Source: an uncultured delta proteobacterium (lineage in GTDB: Bacteria; Myxococcota; Myxococcia; Myxococcales; Myxococcaceae). From it: DNA of 64,000 nucleotides. Below, in pieces: positions 47,225-58,476 of this stretch (the stretch's first letter is position 1; each line of letters begins with the position of its first letter). The notes beneath the pieces were generated by a model. That model did no database searches. It was not told the DNA's origin and saw only the letters and a list, made by a program, of their open reading frames with translations. Location: positions 1 to 64,000 of the forward strand of contig CAVQKE010000007.1 in assembly GCA_963713045.1 (NCBI GenBank), read 5' to 3'. A program made the position numbers and the translations under genes.

Positions 47225-48058
47225 GTGCTCTTGCGCCTTTCGAGCGATTTCCGCCGTACGATGGACCTGTCGCTGGTCCTGGAACAGGAGGGTATCCCCC
47301 ACGAGCTGCGCCGCTTGGGAGAGGCGCACTGGGCGCTCCAAATCGACGACCCGGACGCCGCGCGGGCGGAGGTGGCCATCGTCGCGTTCGAGCAAGAGAA
47401 CCCGCTGGAGGTGCGCCGTCCCGAGGGGTTCCACCCGATAGCGGGAGCGGTCGCCACGGGTCTCGCATTCGCCCTTGCACTCGTGACGTTCTACGTTTGG
47501 ACGGGTCCGGAGTCGGCCGGTTCACCCTGGTTCGAGCGGGGGAGCGCGGACGCGGCCGCAATCCTCCGCGGCGAGTGGTGGCGATCGGTCACCGCACTGA
47601 CCCTGCACGCGGACGCTGGCCATGCCGCCGGCAACGCCGTGCTGGGCGGGCTCCTCCTGGCGCTGCTCGCACGCTCCGTCGGCCCAGGGATGGCGAGCGC
47701 CCTGATATTGCTCTCGGGGGTCGCAGGAACCTTGGCCGCGGCCGGGCTCACGCGCCACAACTTCGTGTCCATCGGCGCCTCGACTGCGGTCTTCGGTGCC
47801 CTGGGCGCGCTGGCAGCCTTGCCGCGGGACAGTCGCCGCGTTTGGATGCCCCTCGTTGGCGGGTTGGCGCTGCTTGCACTCCTGGGAACGTCGAAGAGCG
47901 CCGATGTCGCCGGCCATCTCTGCGGATTCATCTCCGGAGTGCTGGCCGGCGCGGCGGTGTCGCTCCTGCCGCCGCTGCAGAACCGGGCTGCTCAAGCGTC
48001 TCTCGCGGTCGCCGCCGGGTGCGTCCCGGTTGCCGCATGGCTCGCCGCCTTTCGTTGA
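47225..48058 (+). CDS. Rhomboid family intramembrane serine protease
   Basis: GEWWRSVTALTLHAD.GHAAGN, SIGASTAVFG (catalytic Ser) and DVAGHLCG (catalytic His). Confidence 0.88.
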   Translation: MLLRLSSDFRRTMDLSLVLEQEGIPHELRRLGEAHWALQIDDPDAARAEVAIVAFEQENPLEVRRPEGFHPIAGAVATGLAFALALVTFYVWTGPESAGSPWFERGSADAAAILRGEWWRSVTALTLHADAGHAAGNAVLGGLLLALLARSVGPGMASALILLSGVAGTLAAAGLTRHNFVSIGASTAVFGALGALAALPRDSRRVWMPLVGGLALLALLGTSKSADVAGHLCGFISGVLAGAAVSLLPPLQNRAAQASLAVAAGCVPVAAWLAAFR

Positions 48059-48229
48059 ACGTCCCAACGAGCAGCGGGCCGGAAGAACGAGTCATTCCTA
48101 CGCCCTGCGCCTGGAGCCGCTTGGCGGCCACCGCGACTAAGCCCGTGCCCTGAGACGATCCTCACTCAAGGCGTGGAAATGGCCGGGAAACGCTGAAAGC
48201 GGCCGCTGCATTTCCCCCAGGGGGCCGTG

Positions 48230-50074
48230 TCACGGCGTCCGGAGGCAGACAATAGGGTGCGCCCGGGTACACAAGTCACTCGACGGCACCAACGCGGTAG
48301 CGCCCAAGTCAAACCGGCGGATACGGCCGACCTGCCCTGAGCCCCCCTGCCAGCCACTGCAGTCGGGAGAACCGGACGTCCAGACGTAAGTGTCCGAGAG
48401 CGTGTTGGGCACCAGCCCGACCCCGTGAGAAGTGATGTTATCGGCTGTCTCCACGGGCGCTCCATCAGCGCGAACGTCGCCGTCGTGGATGGGGATGCCG
48501 CGCAGCTCGGACGCGACGAAAGTCCCGGGCCACCCAGCATCGGACGCATCTGCTTGGCACTGGCTGTCCGCACCCAGTACGCCGTCGGACGGCACCCAAG
48601 GGGTTGACAAGAAGGTGGTGCCCGCATCCAGAAAGCGGGAGGTAATCACGAGCCCGCTCGCGCCCGTCCCAAAGCACACGATGTTTGCGCTGCCGCTACA
48701 GGCGACCGGCGGGGCGCCCAAGTCATTGGACCAAGCATAGCCCATCGCCCCGGTGGTCCCCGCCGGCGTCACTCCCGTCGTCGATGTCCAATTGTTGCAG
48801 GTCTCGGACGCGGGGAGCGGAGTCCCGTCCACCGCCGCACCCGTCACCGTTGGCGTCGAGGTCGAGATGAGAGGCGCCCATGGCCTCGCCCCAGCGAGGG
48901 CTTGGATGTCCGGCGCGAAGATGGGAGAGGCATTGCCACTCACTCCTCCCCAGCCGTTGGAGCCCGCCAACAGCTGCGCCGGGTTCCGTCCCGTAGAAGC
49001 GAGCCAAGCAACAAACGTGCCGCCATAGCCTTTGCTGCTCGCAGCCGTATTGCAAGCAGAGTCGGCGCCAGAGCCGTCAGAACCAAAGCTAGCGAGCGGC
49101 AGGGGACCGGTCGTAAAAACGGAGTTGACTGGCTGAAAGTTGGCGGTGACTGTCAGCCCTGCGTCGACGTCGAGTTGGCAGCTTGGGCCGGCATCTGCGC
49201 AGGCGTCCCCCCATTGGAGAAGGACTGCGGAGTCCGGATCCTCGCCGCTTTGCAGAACCGCATCGAGCATCAGCGGTCCGAACCAAACAAAGGGACACGT
49301 CCCCACACACCAGTCGGTGGAAACGACGCCGGGTGGACCCAGGGCGACGAGTCCGTACGGCAAATCGTTGGCGAACCCTAGCCGGGTAACGTTCAAGTTC
49401 ACCAATGGGCCGACTTGGGCATTCACTGCCTTGTCTGCATTCACCGTGAAGCTGCACATCGGACTCGGGAAATATCCGCACGGGGGGCTCGTCCACTGGA
49501 CACCCTCCCCGGAGGGGAGCGAGAGGGAGAATTGCTCGGGCGTGCCATCAAAGACAGACCCCGAGCATTCCTGGCCTGTACAACTCGAATCGCCGCAATA
49601 ACCGGAACACGACCACAAAGGAATTGGAGGAGTCACCGTCAGCGTCGCTGCAGCGGCGGACACGAAGAGACCGACTTTCCATCCGACCTGTGCTTGGAGA
49701 ATCAGGTACGGAGCATCCCCGCCATTGCTCGATTGAACCTCGAGCGTGGCCTGCTGGCCGCCTGGGCTCTGGGCCGTTACTTGGACGGAAATGTTACAGG
49801 AGGCGCCAGCGGCCAGCGACGGCACGCAGCCTGGGGCGCTCACGCTAAAGGCCGATGGACCGCCACCTCCAATTGCGACGGAGATGCCCTCCGCTGCAGA
49901 GCCACCCGTGTTGATGAGCTGAATTGACATGGGCGCGGACGTGGGTCCTGGGACGCGTCCAAAGTCGAGCGGCGAAGGGGGCAGGCTTAGAAACGGACCC
50001 GACGTCTGTCCACATCCGGCGAAGACGAGAAGTATGGCGACCGGCGCCGAGAACAACCGTGGCCCGCGACTCAC
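48230..50074 (-). CDS. Secreted Cys-rich lipoprotein: Ig-like (choice-of-anchor D/ASH-like) domain, InlB-B-like repeats, two DUF1554-like domains
   Basis: FAGC lipobox; LDFG...LINTGG...CVPSLAAGASCNISV; QWGDAC..C; GADSACNTAA...GTFVAWL and GADSQCQADA...GTFVA. GTG at 50074 overlaps the upstream stop (GTGA). Confidence 0.7.
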   Translation of the reverse strand: MSRGPRLFSAPVAILLVFAGCGQTSGPFLSLPPSPLDFGRVPGPTSAPMSIQLINTGGSAAEGISVAIGGGGPSAFSVSAPGCVPSLAAGASCNISVQVTAQSPGGQQATLEVQSSNGGDAPYLILQAQVGWKVGLFVSAAAATLTVTPPIPLWSCSGYCGDSSCTGQECSGSVFDGTPEQFSLSLPSGEGVQWTSPPCGYFPSPMCSFTVNADKAVNAQVGPLVNLNVTRLGFANDLPYGLVALGPPGVVSTDWCVGTCPFVWFGPLMLDAVLQSGEDPDSAVLLQWGDACADAGPSCQLDVDAGLTVTANFQPVNSVFTTGPLPLASFGSDGSGADSACNTAASSKGYGGTFVAWLASTGRNPAQLLAGSNGWGGVSGNASPIFAPDIQALAGARPWAPLISTSTPTVTGAAVDGTPLPASETCNNWTSTTGVTPAGTTGAMGYAWSNDLGAPPVACSGSANIVCFGTGASGLVITSRFLDAGTTFLSTPWVPSDGVLGADSQCQADASDAGWPGTFVASELRGIPIHDGDVRADGAPVETADNITSHGVGLVPNTLSDTYVWTSGSPDCSGWQGGSGQVGRIRRFDLGATALVPSSDLCTRAHPIVCLRTP

Positions 50075-52022
50075 GGCAGCACCTGTACGCAGCCAAGTCG
50101 GTGCGCCTCGCTGCATGAGGCCGTTGGGGGAACGAGAATCGGTGGACCCGTGGTCATACCGGACGATGCTTCCGACAGCACCCGGCCCCCCGTCCACCCG
50201 TTACAGTCGGATGAGGCTTTCTCGACCCACACATAGGTGTCAGAAAGAGTCGCCGGCACCATGCCCTGACCACGCGCATCGACGTTTTGCGGATCTGAAC
50301 TCACCAAGCCGTCGGTACGAACGGATGTACCGGGCTGAGTACCGCCCGGGGAGTGCAGACTGGCGGCGGCGAACGTGCCGCTCAGGCCAGCATCAGCCGC
50401 GTCGGCCTGACAGTGGCTGTCAGCCCCACTCAAGCCGCCCGCTGGAACCCAAGGCGAGGAAGTGAAGGTGAGGGCGATGGGCGGGGTAATGGGCGGCAAG
50501 ACAAGGTTTCCGACGACACCCTGGCCGAAGCAGGCGAGCATCGCCGAGGCGCTACAGGGAGAGTCGGCGCTCCGATGTCGACCGACCAGGCGTAGCCGAC
50601 ACCGCCGGAGGTGCCCGCCGGTGCCGTGCCGCTCGGGGACGTCCAGTCCTGACAGGTCTCGGTCATGCCGAGGGTGGTTCCGTCGGGGTTGGCTCCAGTG
50701 GCGATGGCCCGGCCGAGTGCCGGAGGAATGGCCGAGACGAGGCGCGGCCCGGTGATATCCGCAATCGTGCGTGCGGTAAGGATGTAGTCCCCTGGATAGG
50801 TGCCGGAGATCGCCCAACCGGACCCTGCGGCAAGCAGGGAGGCTGGGTTTCTCGTGCTCGTCGCGACCCAGGCGACGTACGGCTGTGTGTCCCTGTTCCC
50901 GAGGGCAGCCTGGTGGCACGCGGTGTCGGCGCCTGCGCCATCGGCGCCGATGGTGGAAAGCGCAACCGGCCCTGTGAGGAAGATGTTGTTGGGAGGGGAC
51001 ACGGACAGCGTGACGGTGGCGGCAAGCGTCACATTCAATGAGCATGTCTGAGAGGTGCCGCTGCACGCACCGCCCCACGCTTCGATGACGAAAGGCTCAG
51101 GGCTCTGCACAGTCAGCGTCACCGGGCCACTTTCGATAAAGCCACACGTCCCGCCAGAGCAGCTTTGGCCGCCCGGATCCACCACGGTCACCTGCGCACC
51201 CGCGGTGGTGAGCTCAACGGTGAGTGCAGGTGCGGCAGTCCCCACCAGTTGGGCATCGGCCGATACAGTAAAGGTGCAGCCGCCGCCGGGAAGGTTGTTG
51301 CACGGCGGCGTCCAACTGACCGCCATGCCCGTCGCCAAGCCAGTGACCGTAATCGTCAGGACGGTTCCGGCCGCAAAATAGGCCGAGCTGCCTCCCGTGA
51401 AATTGCAGCCCTCATTGCAATTCAGGCCCGCGGGCGACGACTGCGCAGCTAACGAAAAGACGAATGGCTCAATGTAAATGGAGATGAGTTCGCCGACGGT
51501 GCCGGTGATGTTGCACGTCGAGTACGAAAGGACGTTACCGACGTTACCCGTCGCCGTAAATGTTGCTTGCTTCTGGCCGAGCGTCTGTGGCGTGAGGCCA
51601 ACGGTTACCGGGCAAGAGGCGCCCGGCGCCAACTCCGATGGGCAAGCAGAGAAGTCGACCAGAAATTCGCTGGCCGTTCCGGAGGAAACCTTAAGGGTAA
51701 AGCCGAGGTTGGTGGCCGTGACCACGCCGGTATTGGTGAGCGTAATGGTTTGGGGGGGGACCGTCTGCACATTGGGAAACCGGCCCAAGTCGAGCGTGTT
51801 CGAGCTCAAACTGAGGGCGGCCGTGTCAGCGGTGCAATGCCCATTCAAGCACACCGACCCGGTGCAACAGTCCAAGCCGACATCCGACCCGCAGACGTTG
51901 ACCGAACAGCAGTCGGTGCCGCTGCACGTGCACTGGCCGGAGAGAGCGCAGTAGTCGGCAAAGCCAGCATTGGGGTCGCACGCAAGGAGCAGCAGCACGC
52001 AACCGAGGCCGACGCGCTTCAC
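50071..52022 (-). CDS. Paralogous secreted lipoprotein with the same architecture (frameshift ~50570)
   Basis: LLLAC lipobox and Cys-rich N-terminus; LDLG...LTNTG...CPSELAPGASCPVTV; GADTACHQAA...YVAWV. The C-terminus GADSHCQADA...TLSDTYVW...HRLGCVQ is in ORF 50071-51078. Confidence 0.7.
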
Positions 52023-52834
52023 GGGAATCGTCCGCTCAAGAGCAGCAACCCTCGCGACGGGTCGACGCCCAGTGTTACGGCCAGCCCAGGCGGCCGCGCG
52101 CCAGGCTTGTAGAGAAACAGGCCGACGACTGCGGCCGCGACGCTGACCGCCGTCAGCGAATAGCCGACGATGGCGTAGGTGTTGGCCGCGTTGCGGGCAG
52201 AGACTGCGTCCGCCAGTGGTAGACTGGGGTTTGGAAGCTTGGAGTTCTCGGAACCAGACAGCAGGAAGAAAGTGACGCCCGTCGCGAGCGCGGCGCCGCC
52301 GAAGATAAAGCAGGAGACACCGTAGGGTCGCGTCGGAGGGTCATATTTGAGGGAGCGCCCCGTTCGCGCGGCGAGCCCGTCGGCAACAACCTGCGTCTTG
52401 TTGACGAGCTCGCTCAGGAGCTCGGTGAGCGAAGGTGCGGTGGAAGCGACGGTTATCCACGGCTCGCCAACGCTGGACGTAACAACGAGCGAGAGTTTCC
52501 ATATGCCATGTTCAACAGACAGCTGCCCGCTCAGGATGGCCTGATAGTCGTCGACCTTGCCTCCACACTGCGGTTCGGGGGATGCGCACGCCACCAGCCG
52601 TCCCAGGCCCTCGGCTCCGATGCGGGACTCTATTGCCGCGGGGTCGTCCGTCGGTTGTCCCCATTGCCGCAGCCAGTAGATGACGTGGTGCTGAACGTAG
52701 GCGACTGAATCCTGCGCCCGCGTAGACGCGGCCACGATGGGCACAACCGCTAGCGCGGCAGGTTTCGTAGGGGCTGCGCCTTCGGATGGGGCGGCTGCGG
52801 CAAGCAGTCCAGCTAGGAGTATGGCCCCGGGCAT
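52019..52834 (-). CDS. Hypothetical exported/membrane protein, first gene of a 3-gene operon
   Basis: GGGGG RBS, signal peptide, two C-terminal hydrophobic helices, ...LLSGRFP end; GTGA overlap with the next gene. Confidence 0.65.
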   Translation of the reverse strand: MPGAILLAGLLAAAAPSEGAAPTKPAALAVVPIVAASTRAQDSVAYVQHHVIYWLRQWGQPTDDPAAIESRIGAEGLGRLVACASPEPQCGGKVDDYQAILSGQLSVEHGIWKLSLVVTSSVGEPWITVASTAPSLTELLSELVNKTQVVADGLAARTGRSLKYDPPTRPYGVSCFIFGGAALATGVTFFLLSGSENSKLPNPSLPLADAVSARNAANTYAIVGYSLTAVSVAAAVVGLFLYKPGARPPGLAVTLGVDPSRGLLLLSGRFP

Positions 52835-53313
52835 TTCCCCCCCTTGTTGCGGAGACGAGGAGTGTCACGTATGTAACATAGAGCTTAGCGAGGGTCCGGA
52901 TTGCAAGTCCGTCCCCGGACAGACATCGTCCTTGGCCCGCCTTCTGCGATCTCCGAGATGGCCGCGTCAGTGGCAAACTGAAAAGGATCGGGGCGTACCT
53001 GTCAAGAATCCGGGCCAAGATCGCCACATTGATTTCCCGAAGCAACGCCGACAGCTCGGCGGGCGTAGCGATTCTTCTCGCGACCAGGATCCCACTCATG
53101 GCAGCAAGCCATTAGCCAGGCCTGTTAGCTCGGCTAAGTTAGAAACAAGAAAAGCAAAAGGGTTGGTGATGGCGGTCGCTCTTGCGCTCGGAGAGGTGGA
53201 ATTACGAGCAGGACACTCTGACTGCAGCAGGTTGCTACGGGCGAATACGCAAACCGGTCCCTTCGTTGCTTCCTACAGCAACCCTAAGCTCACTAAGTGC
53301 GCTCAGCAGGAAA

Positions 53314-55290
53314 TTAGGACAGGTCTGCCTGCAGAATCGCCGAGAACACCGAGATGTAGAGAGCACCTGAGGTCGGGTCCACAGCCACACCCCAGGGGGA
53401 TGAGAGCACGCCAGGAAGTGGCCCCGGTACCATTCCGTTGTCTCCGGCCACTCCGACGAGAGTGGTCACCACCCCTGTTGGCGTTACCTTCCGGATGGTG
53501 CAGTTGTCAGTGTCCGCTACGTAGAGATCGCCGGCGCTGTCCAGCGCCACACCGCTGGGGCCCCAGAAGCGTGCGGTCGAGCCCGTCCCGTCAGAACTTC
53601 CACTTAAGCCAGCGCTTCCGGCAAGCGTCGTCACTACCCCTGCCGGAGTCACCTTCCGGATAGTGTCGTTATATTTGTCTCCGACGTAGACATTTCCGCC
53701 GCTGTCCACCGCCACGCCGAATGGGTTGTTAAAGCGTGCGGCCGAGCCAGCACCGTCGGCGCTTTCACATGCGCCAACACTTCCGGCAAGCGTCGTCACC
53801 ACCCCTGCTGGCGTCACCATCCGGATGGTGCAGTTGCTAGTGTCCGCGACGTAGACATTCCCGGCGCTGTCAACAGCCACGCCGTTTGCGCCGTTAAAGC
53901 CTGCGGCGGAGCCAGTCCCGTCGGCGCTTCCAGGTACCTCCGCAATTTCCCGCAGCGTTGTCACCGCCCCTGCCGGCGTCACCTTGCGGATGTCGTTGCC
54001 CTCCCCGACGTAGACATTTCCGGCACCGTCCACCGCCACCCCGAAGGGGCTGCTAAAACGTGCGGCCGAGCCGGTCCCGTCGGCGCTTCCAACTGCCCCA
54101 GCACTTCCGGCAAGCGTCGTCACCACGGCTGCCGGAGTCACCTTTCGGATGGTTCGTTGCCGGTGTCCGCAACGTAGGCATTTCCAGCACCGTCCACCGC
54201 CACCCCGAATGGGTTCGTTAAAGCTTGCGGCGGAGCCCGTCCCGTCAGCACTTCCAGTTGCGGCAGCACTTCCGGCGAGCGCTCATCACCACCCCTGCCG
54301 GCGTCACCTTGCGGATGGTGGAGTTGCCGGTGTCCGCGACGTAGACATTGCCGGCACTGTCCACAGCCACCCCCGAATGGGTTGTTAAAGCTTGCGGCGA
54401 GCCCGTCCCGTCAGCACTTCCAGTTGCGCCCGCAGTTCCGGGAAGCGTTGTCGCCATGCCTGCCGGCGTCACCTTGCGGATGGTGGAGTTGTCAGTGTCC
54501 GCCACGTAGACATTTCCGGCACCGTCCACCGCCACGCCGCTGGGCCAGTTAAAGCTTGCGGCGGAGCCGGTCCCGTCAGCACTTCCGGGTGCGCCCGCAG
54601 TTCCGGCAAGCGTCGTCACCACCCCTGCCGGCGTCACCTTCTGGATTCTGCTGTCGATTGCGTCCGCAACGTAGACATTTCCGGCGCTGTCCACCGCCAC
54701 CCCGGCAGCACTTCCAACGCCAGAATAGTTTCAGCAAGCGTTGTCACCACCCCTGCCGGAGTCACCTTCCGGATGCTGCCGTTGTCATCGTCCGCCCGCC
54801 GAAGCGTGCCGCGGAGCCGGTCCCGTCGGCGCTTCCACATGCTCCAGCACTTCCGGCAAGCGTCGTCACCAGCCCTGTTGGCGTCACCTTCCTGATCGTG
54901 CAGCTTCAGCGTCCGCTACGTAGACATCGCCGGCGCTGTCCACTGCCCCACCGCTAGGACCCCAGAAGCGTGCGGCCGAGGCGGCCCCGTCGGCGCTTCC
55001 AGCTGCCCCAGCACTTCCGGCAAGCATTGTCACCACCCCTGCCGGAGCCACCTTCCGGATGGTGTTGTTGTACGTGTCCGCGACGTAGACATTGCCAGCA
55101 CCGTCCACCGCCACCCCGGCGGGCACGCCGAAGCGTGCCGCGGAGCCGGTCCCGTCCACGTTTCCTGGACCCGCTGCAACTCCGGCGACAACTCAAGACT
55201 ACCCACTCCCCCGTCGGGGCTGTTAGAGCAACCACCCAGAAAACACACCGATAGTACGAAGCAGCTCCTGACGCGATTTGGTCGCACCAC
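53314..55290 (-). CDS. NHL-repeat beta-propeller lipoprotein (multiply frameshifted)
   Basis: About 11 repeats of GSADGTGSAARFxxPxGVAVDSAGNVYVADTxNxTIRKVTPAGVVTTLAG across four ORFs; N-terminal CFVLSVCFLGGC lipobox. Confidence 0.8.
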
Positions 55291-55409
55291 GCACCCCCCC
55301 GAAACAGCAAACAAACATAGGAGCCGGCGGTTCGAAGTGCAACAGCTCCAAGGGCCGATGCGTGTCGCCATCGTGCTGGACTCTCTTGTCGCCGGCGCCG
55401 TCAATTCGG

Positions 55410-55505
55410 TGTGGTGTTTGGCCACAAACTCCTTTTGGGTGAGCCCGGTCTGCTTGTACTCCGCAGCAGCGTTGCCCACTCCGCGGGACCTAGTCGTCTC
55501 GGCAC
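55410..55505 (-). pseudogene. IS66 TnpA-like N-terminal remnant
   Basis: VPRRLGPAEWATLL/AEYKQTGLTQKEFVAKH resembles the W...ey..SGLT..eF...H HTH of IS66 accessory TnpA; truncated. Confidence 0.5.
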
Positions 55506-55569
55506 GTCCCGCACCCCTCTGAATTGAAGCCACCCTCAAGAGGCGGTGGAATTGGCCGCGGACAGGTGG

Positions 55570-55902
55570 TGAACGATAAAAGGCGAGATTCAGGAGGACC
55601 TTCAGCGCTGGACGGCAAAGCGCAGGGTGGCGCTAGTTGCCAGCATCCTAAAGGGGGAGACCTCGGTGCAGGAGGCGGCACGGAAGCACGGGCTTACCGT
55701 GGCCGAGGTGGAAGAGTGGAAGGAGAAGTTTCTCCTCGGTGCGGAGAATGCACTCAGGTCGAAGCCCCGTGACCACGAGGCGCTGGACCAGGAGCGAGTG
55801 CGCAGACTCATGCAGAAAGTCGCCGAGCTGGTACTCGAGAACGACGTCCTGCGGGAGGCGACCAAGCTCCGCCCTTTTGTGCCGAAGAAGTCCGACGAGT
55901 AA
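55570..55902 (+). CDS. IS3 OrfA (HTH, DUF1153-like)
   Basis: QRWTAKRRVALVASILKGETSVQEAARKHGLT...LMQKVAELVLENDVLRE. The start is uncertain because of an upstream frameshift. Confidence 0.75.
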
Positions 55903-55910
55903 GGGAAGCG

Positions 55911-56700
55911 ATGCCCCGTCTCTCCGAGCGAAAGGCCTGTCGGATTCTCCGCGTCCCTCGAGCGCATCGGCGGCATGAGGGCGTGAAGCAGGCTCGCCCT
56001 TTGGACGAGCTCCTCGTCGCCAGAGTGAAGGAGCTCATTCACCAGTACCCAACGTTTGGCTACCGACGCGTCTGGGCCATGCTGCGCTTTCGTCAGGGCG
56101 TCCGCGTGAATGCGAAGGCCGTGTACCGAGTGCTGAAGCAGAAGCGCTGGTTTGTGCACCAGCGCATTTGGACACCCCGCCCGAGAGTGCGAGGGCGCAT
56201 CAGCATCGCCGAGCGGAGCAACCAGCGGTGGGCCACGGACATGACGCAGGTGCCGCGTGGGAGGGATGGGTGGGCACACCTGGCCGTCGTCATCGACTGT
56301 CACGACCGAGAAGTCATCGGCTATGAGTTTGCGCTGCGCGGGCGAGCCAAGGAGGCAGAGCGCGCCATCGAAGGGGCCTGCATCAGCCGTTTCGGCACGC
56401 TTCGGCCGGAAGGGCAAACACCAGTGCTGCGGAGCGACAATGGGCTGGTTTTCCAAAGCCAGCGCTTCCGACGGGCGTGCCGCGACTACCGGCTGCAGCA
56501 GGAATTCATGCACGCCCTAGACGCCCGAGCAGAACGGTCTGGTCGAGCGCTTCTTCCGGAGCTTGAAGGAGGAATGCGCCTGGCAGCACAACTTCAGCAG
56601 CTTCGCCGAGGCCCGCTTCACGATTGGCCAGTGGATCGACTGGTACAACACAGGCCGACCGCACCAGGCTCTCGGCTACGGGAGGTCAAAAAGAATACAG
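55911..56700 (+). CDS. IS3 OrfB DDE transposase (frameshift ~56515)
   Basis: FGYRRVWA, NAKAVYR, WATD, VIDCHDRE, LRSDNG, then ERFFRSLKEEC...WYNTGRPHQALGY. Confidence 0.85.
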
Positions 56701-57413
56701 AGAAGTCTCACGTGTGGCTTGATTTCAGGGTGTCACTACATCCCGCCAGTAATTCCACGGCAATAGCGGGGTACAGGAGGCAACGGGACCACTGTGCAGG
56801 CGGCCCAACGGGGCCGGTCGGGGCCGCCACCCCTTGTGGCCCAACTGGCTGGAGCAGTTCGGTAAGCACTCGAAGGTCCCTGGTCGGCAGCTTGCAGTCC
56901 CTCGTCACCCAGCCACCTTCCGGAGTGTCACAACCATGCTCAGAAAACGCGCAGGAAATGCGGGTGGGAACCTCGACCCGCCAACAGCGAGTCGTACAAT
57001 GCGAGCGCCTCTTCCTCCACCAGCCATATATCGGCCGTCGTACCAAGTGTCTCCAGTAGCAATCCGCCGCGATGAATTCCTGGTCGTTGCTCCAAGAATC
57101 TCACGCAATTCTCTAGCAATCTGAAGCGTCTGCTCGTAGTCCGTACAATGAGATGCGAAATGCGCGTTCAGTAGGTGCTCCGGGAACCAAAAGAAGCTGA
57201 CCATCGACGAATTCACGGAGCGTCCGGTTTCCGCAAACTTGAACTAGGCCGCAAACAGCCCGCTCCCTCCGTGACTCCCAAGTGACGATCACGTTGCCGA
57301 AGAGCGGAACGGCTCTGCTCTCATCTGCAACATGCCGTTTGCGACTGTCAGGCCGATTCCCGTTCTTGACCATTCCTCCTGCGACCTGCTGAACTACCTC
57401 CGAGGGGGCGGGC

Positions 57414-58476
57414 ATGAGCATTTTGAAGTCGCAATCTATCGATTGCCCGCTTGACTTTCCTGAGTATTTGGAAGCCGCCAAATACCAAGCTCTGCAGCAG
57501 ATTCCGTCACTTCGTTGCACTTAAGGATCCTCGCTTCAGACCTATTCTTTACGACTTAGTGCTGGACTATCCCTCTCGAATAGGGAAGGGCCTACGGCCG
57601 GCGTTGTGCATCGCCGCATGCCGAGCCTTCGGTGGCACGCTGTCAACAATTGTACCCACTGCCGCTGTTCTGGAGCTTTACCATAACGCATTTCTCATTC
57701 ACGACGACGTCGAGGATGGCTCTCAGAAGAGACGAGGCGTCCCGACACTACACTTGCGCCACGGTCTACCCGTTGCTGTGAACACCGGCGACGCAATGCT
57801 GGCTCTAGCATTCCGACCGCTCCTTGCGAACCTCGAGTTGCTCGGTCTCGGCAAAACGCTCCGCATTCTAGAGGTCATCGCGAAAATGGCCGAGGAATCC
57901 GCTGAGGGACAAGCCCTTGAGCTTAGCTGGATACGCGACGGGCAATGGGCCTTGACGGATGCGGACTATGTCGAAATGGTCGCGAAGAAGACGGCCTGGT
58001 ACAGCTTCATCGCTCCACTCGCAGCCGGCGCAATTGCCGCGGGTGTCGACGATGGCGTGCTTCTTAAGCTCGAGGTGTTCGGCCGTTCCTTGGGGATCGC
58101 TTTTCAGATTCAAGACGACGTTTTGAATATTGACGCCGAGGAGCAAGCCTATGGCAAAGAAAGTTTGGGGGACCTTTGGGAGGGTAAGCACACCCTGATT
58201 CTGCTCCACGTTTTGCGAACCGTCTCAGCTGAAGACCGAAAGACGGCCCTCGAAATACTCGCCCTGCCTCGGGAGGCTAAGCGCGACGAGGACATCGCTT
58301 TTTTGCTCGGCCTGATTCGGAAGTCCCGCGCAACGCAGACGGCGGGCTTGGTCGCGCGATTTTTTATCGGCGAAACAGCAAGTGCTTGGCAGCAGCTTGA
58401 GCCCCTAATGCCACCGTCAATCCATCGGAGCTTTCTCCTCGCTCTCGTGCAGTACGTTGTCGAACGCAAAAAATGA
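57414..58476 (+). CDS. Polyprenyl diphosphate (GGPP-type) synthase; frameshift ~57503
   Basis: GKGLRP, FARM HDDVED..RRG, AVNTGD, GQALEL, KKT and SARM FQIQDDVLN, DLWEGKHT. RBS GAGGGG plus ATG 57414 (MSILKSQ...LQQI) joins the 57451 frame if one base is removed. Confidence 0.9.

Larger units (their letters stand above)
55525..56740 (+). mobile_element. IS3-family insertion sequence (degenerate)
   Basis: TG...CA ends with imperfect inverted repeats (left TGAAGCCACCCTCAAG; right, reverse-complemented, TGTAGTGACACCCTGAAA) enclosing orfA and orfB. No clear target duplication. Confidence 0.8.

Noticed and set aside
36298..48153. Long alternative-frame ORFs (e.g. 36298-37263, 39967-41238, 43284-44255, 46996-48153)
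   Set aside because: They overlap well-supported genes and are Arg/Pro/Gly-rich high-GC shadow frames.
35000..57510. Frameshifts in the kinase, ligC, lrgB, ester cyclase, lipoprotein, NHL, IS and prenyl synthase genes read as mass pseudogenisation or programmed frameshifting
   Set aside because: Mostly single-base indels with otherwise intact motifs; long-read consensus error is the simpler explanation. It cannot be settled without reads.
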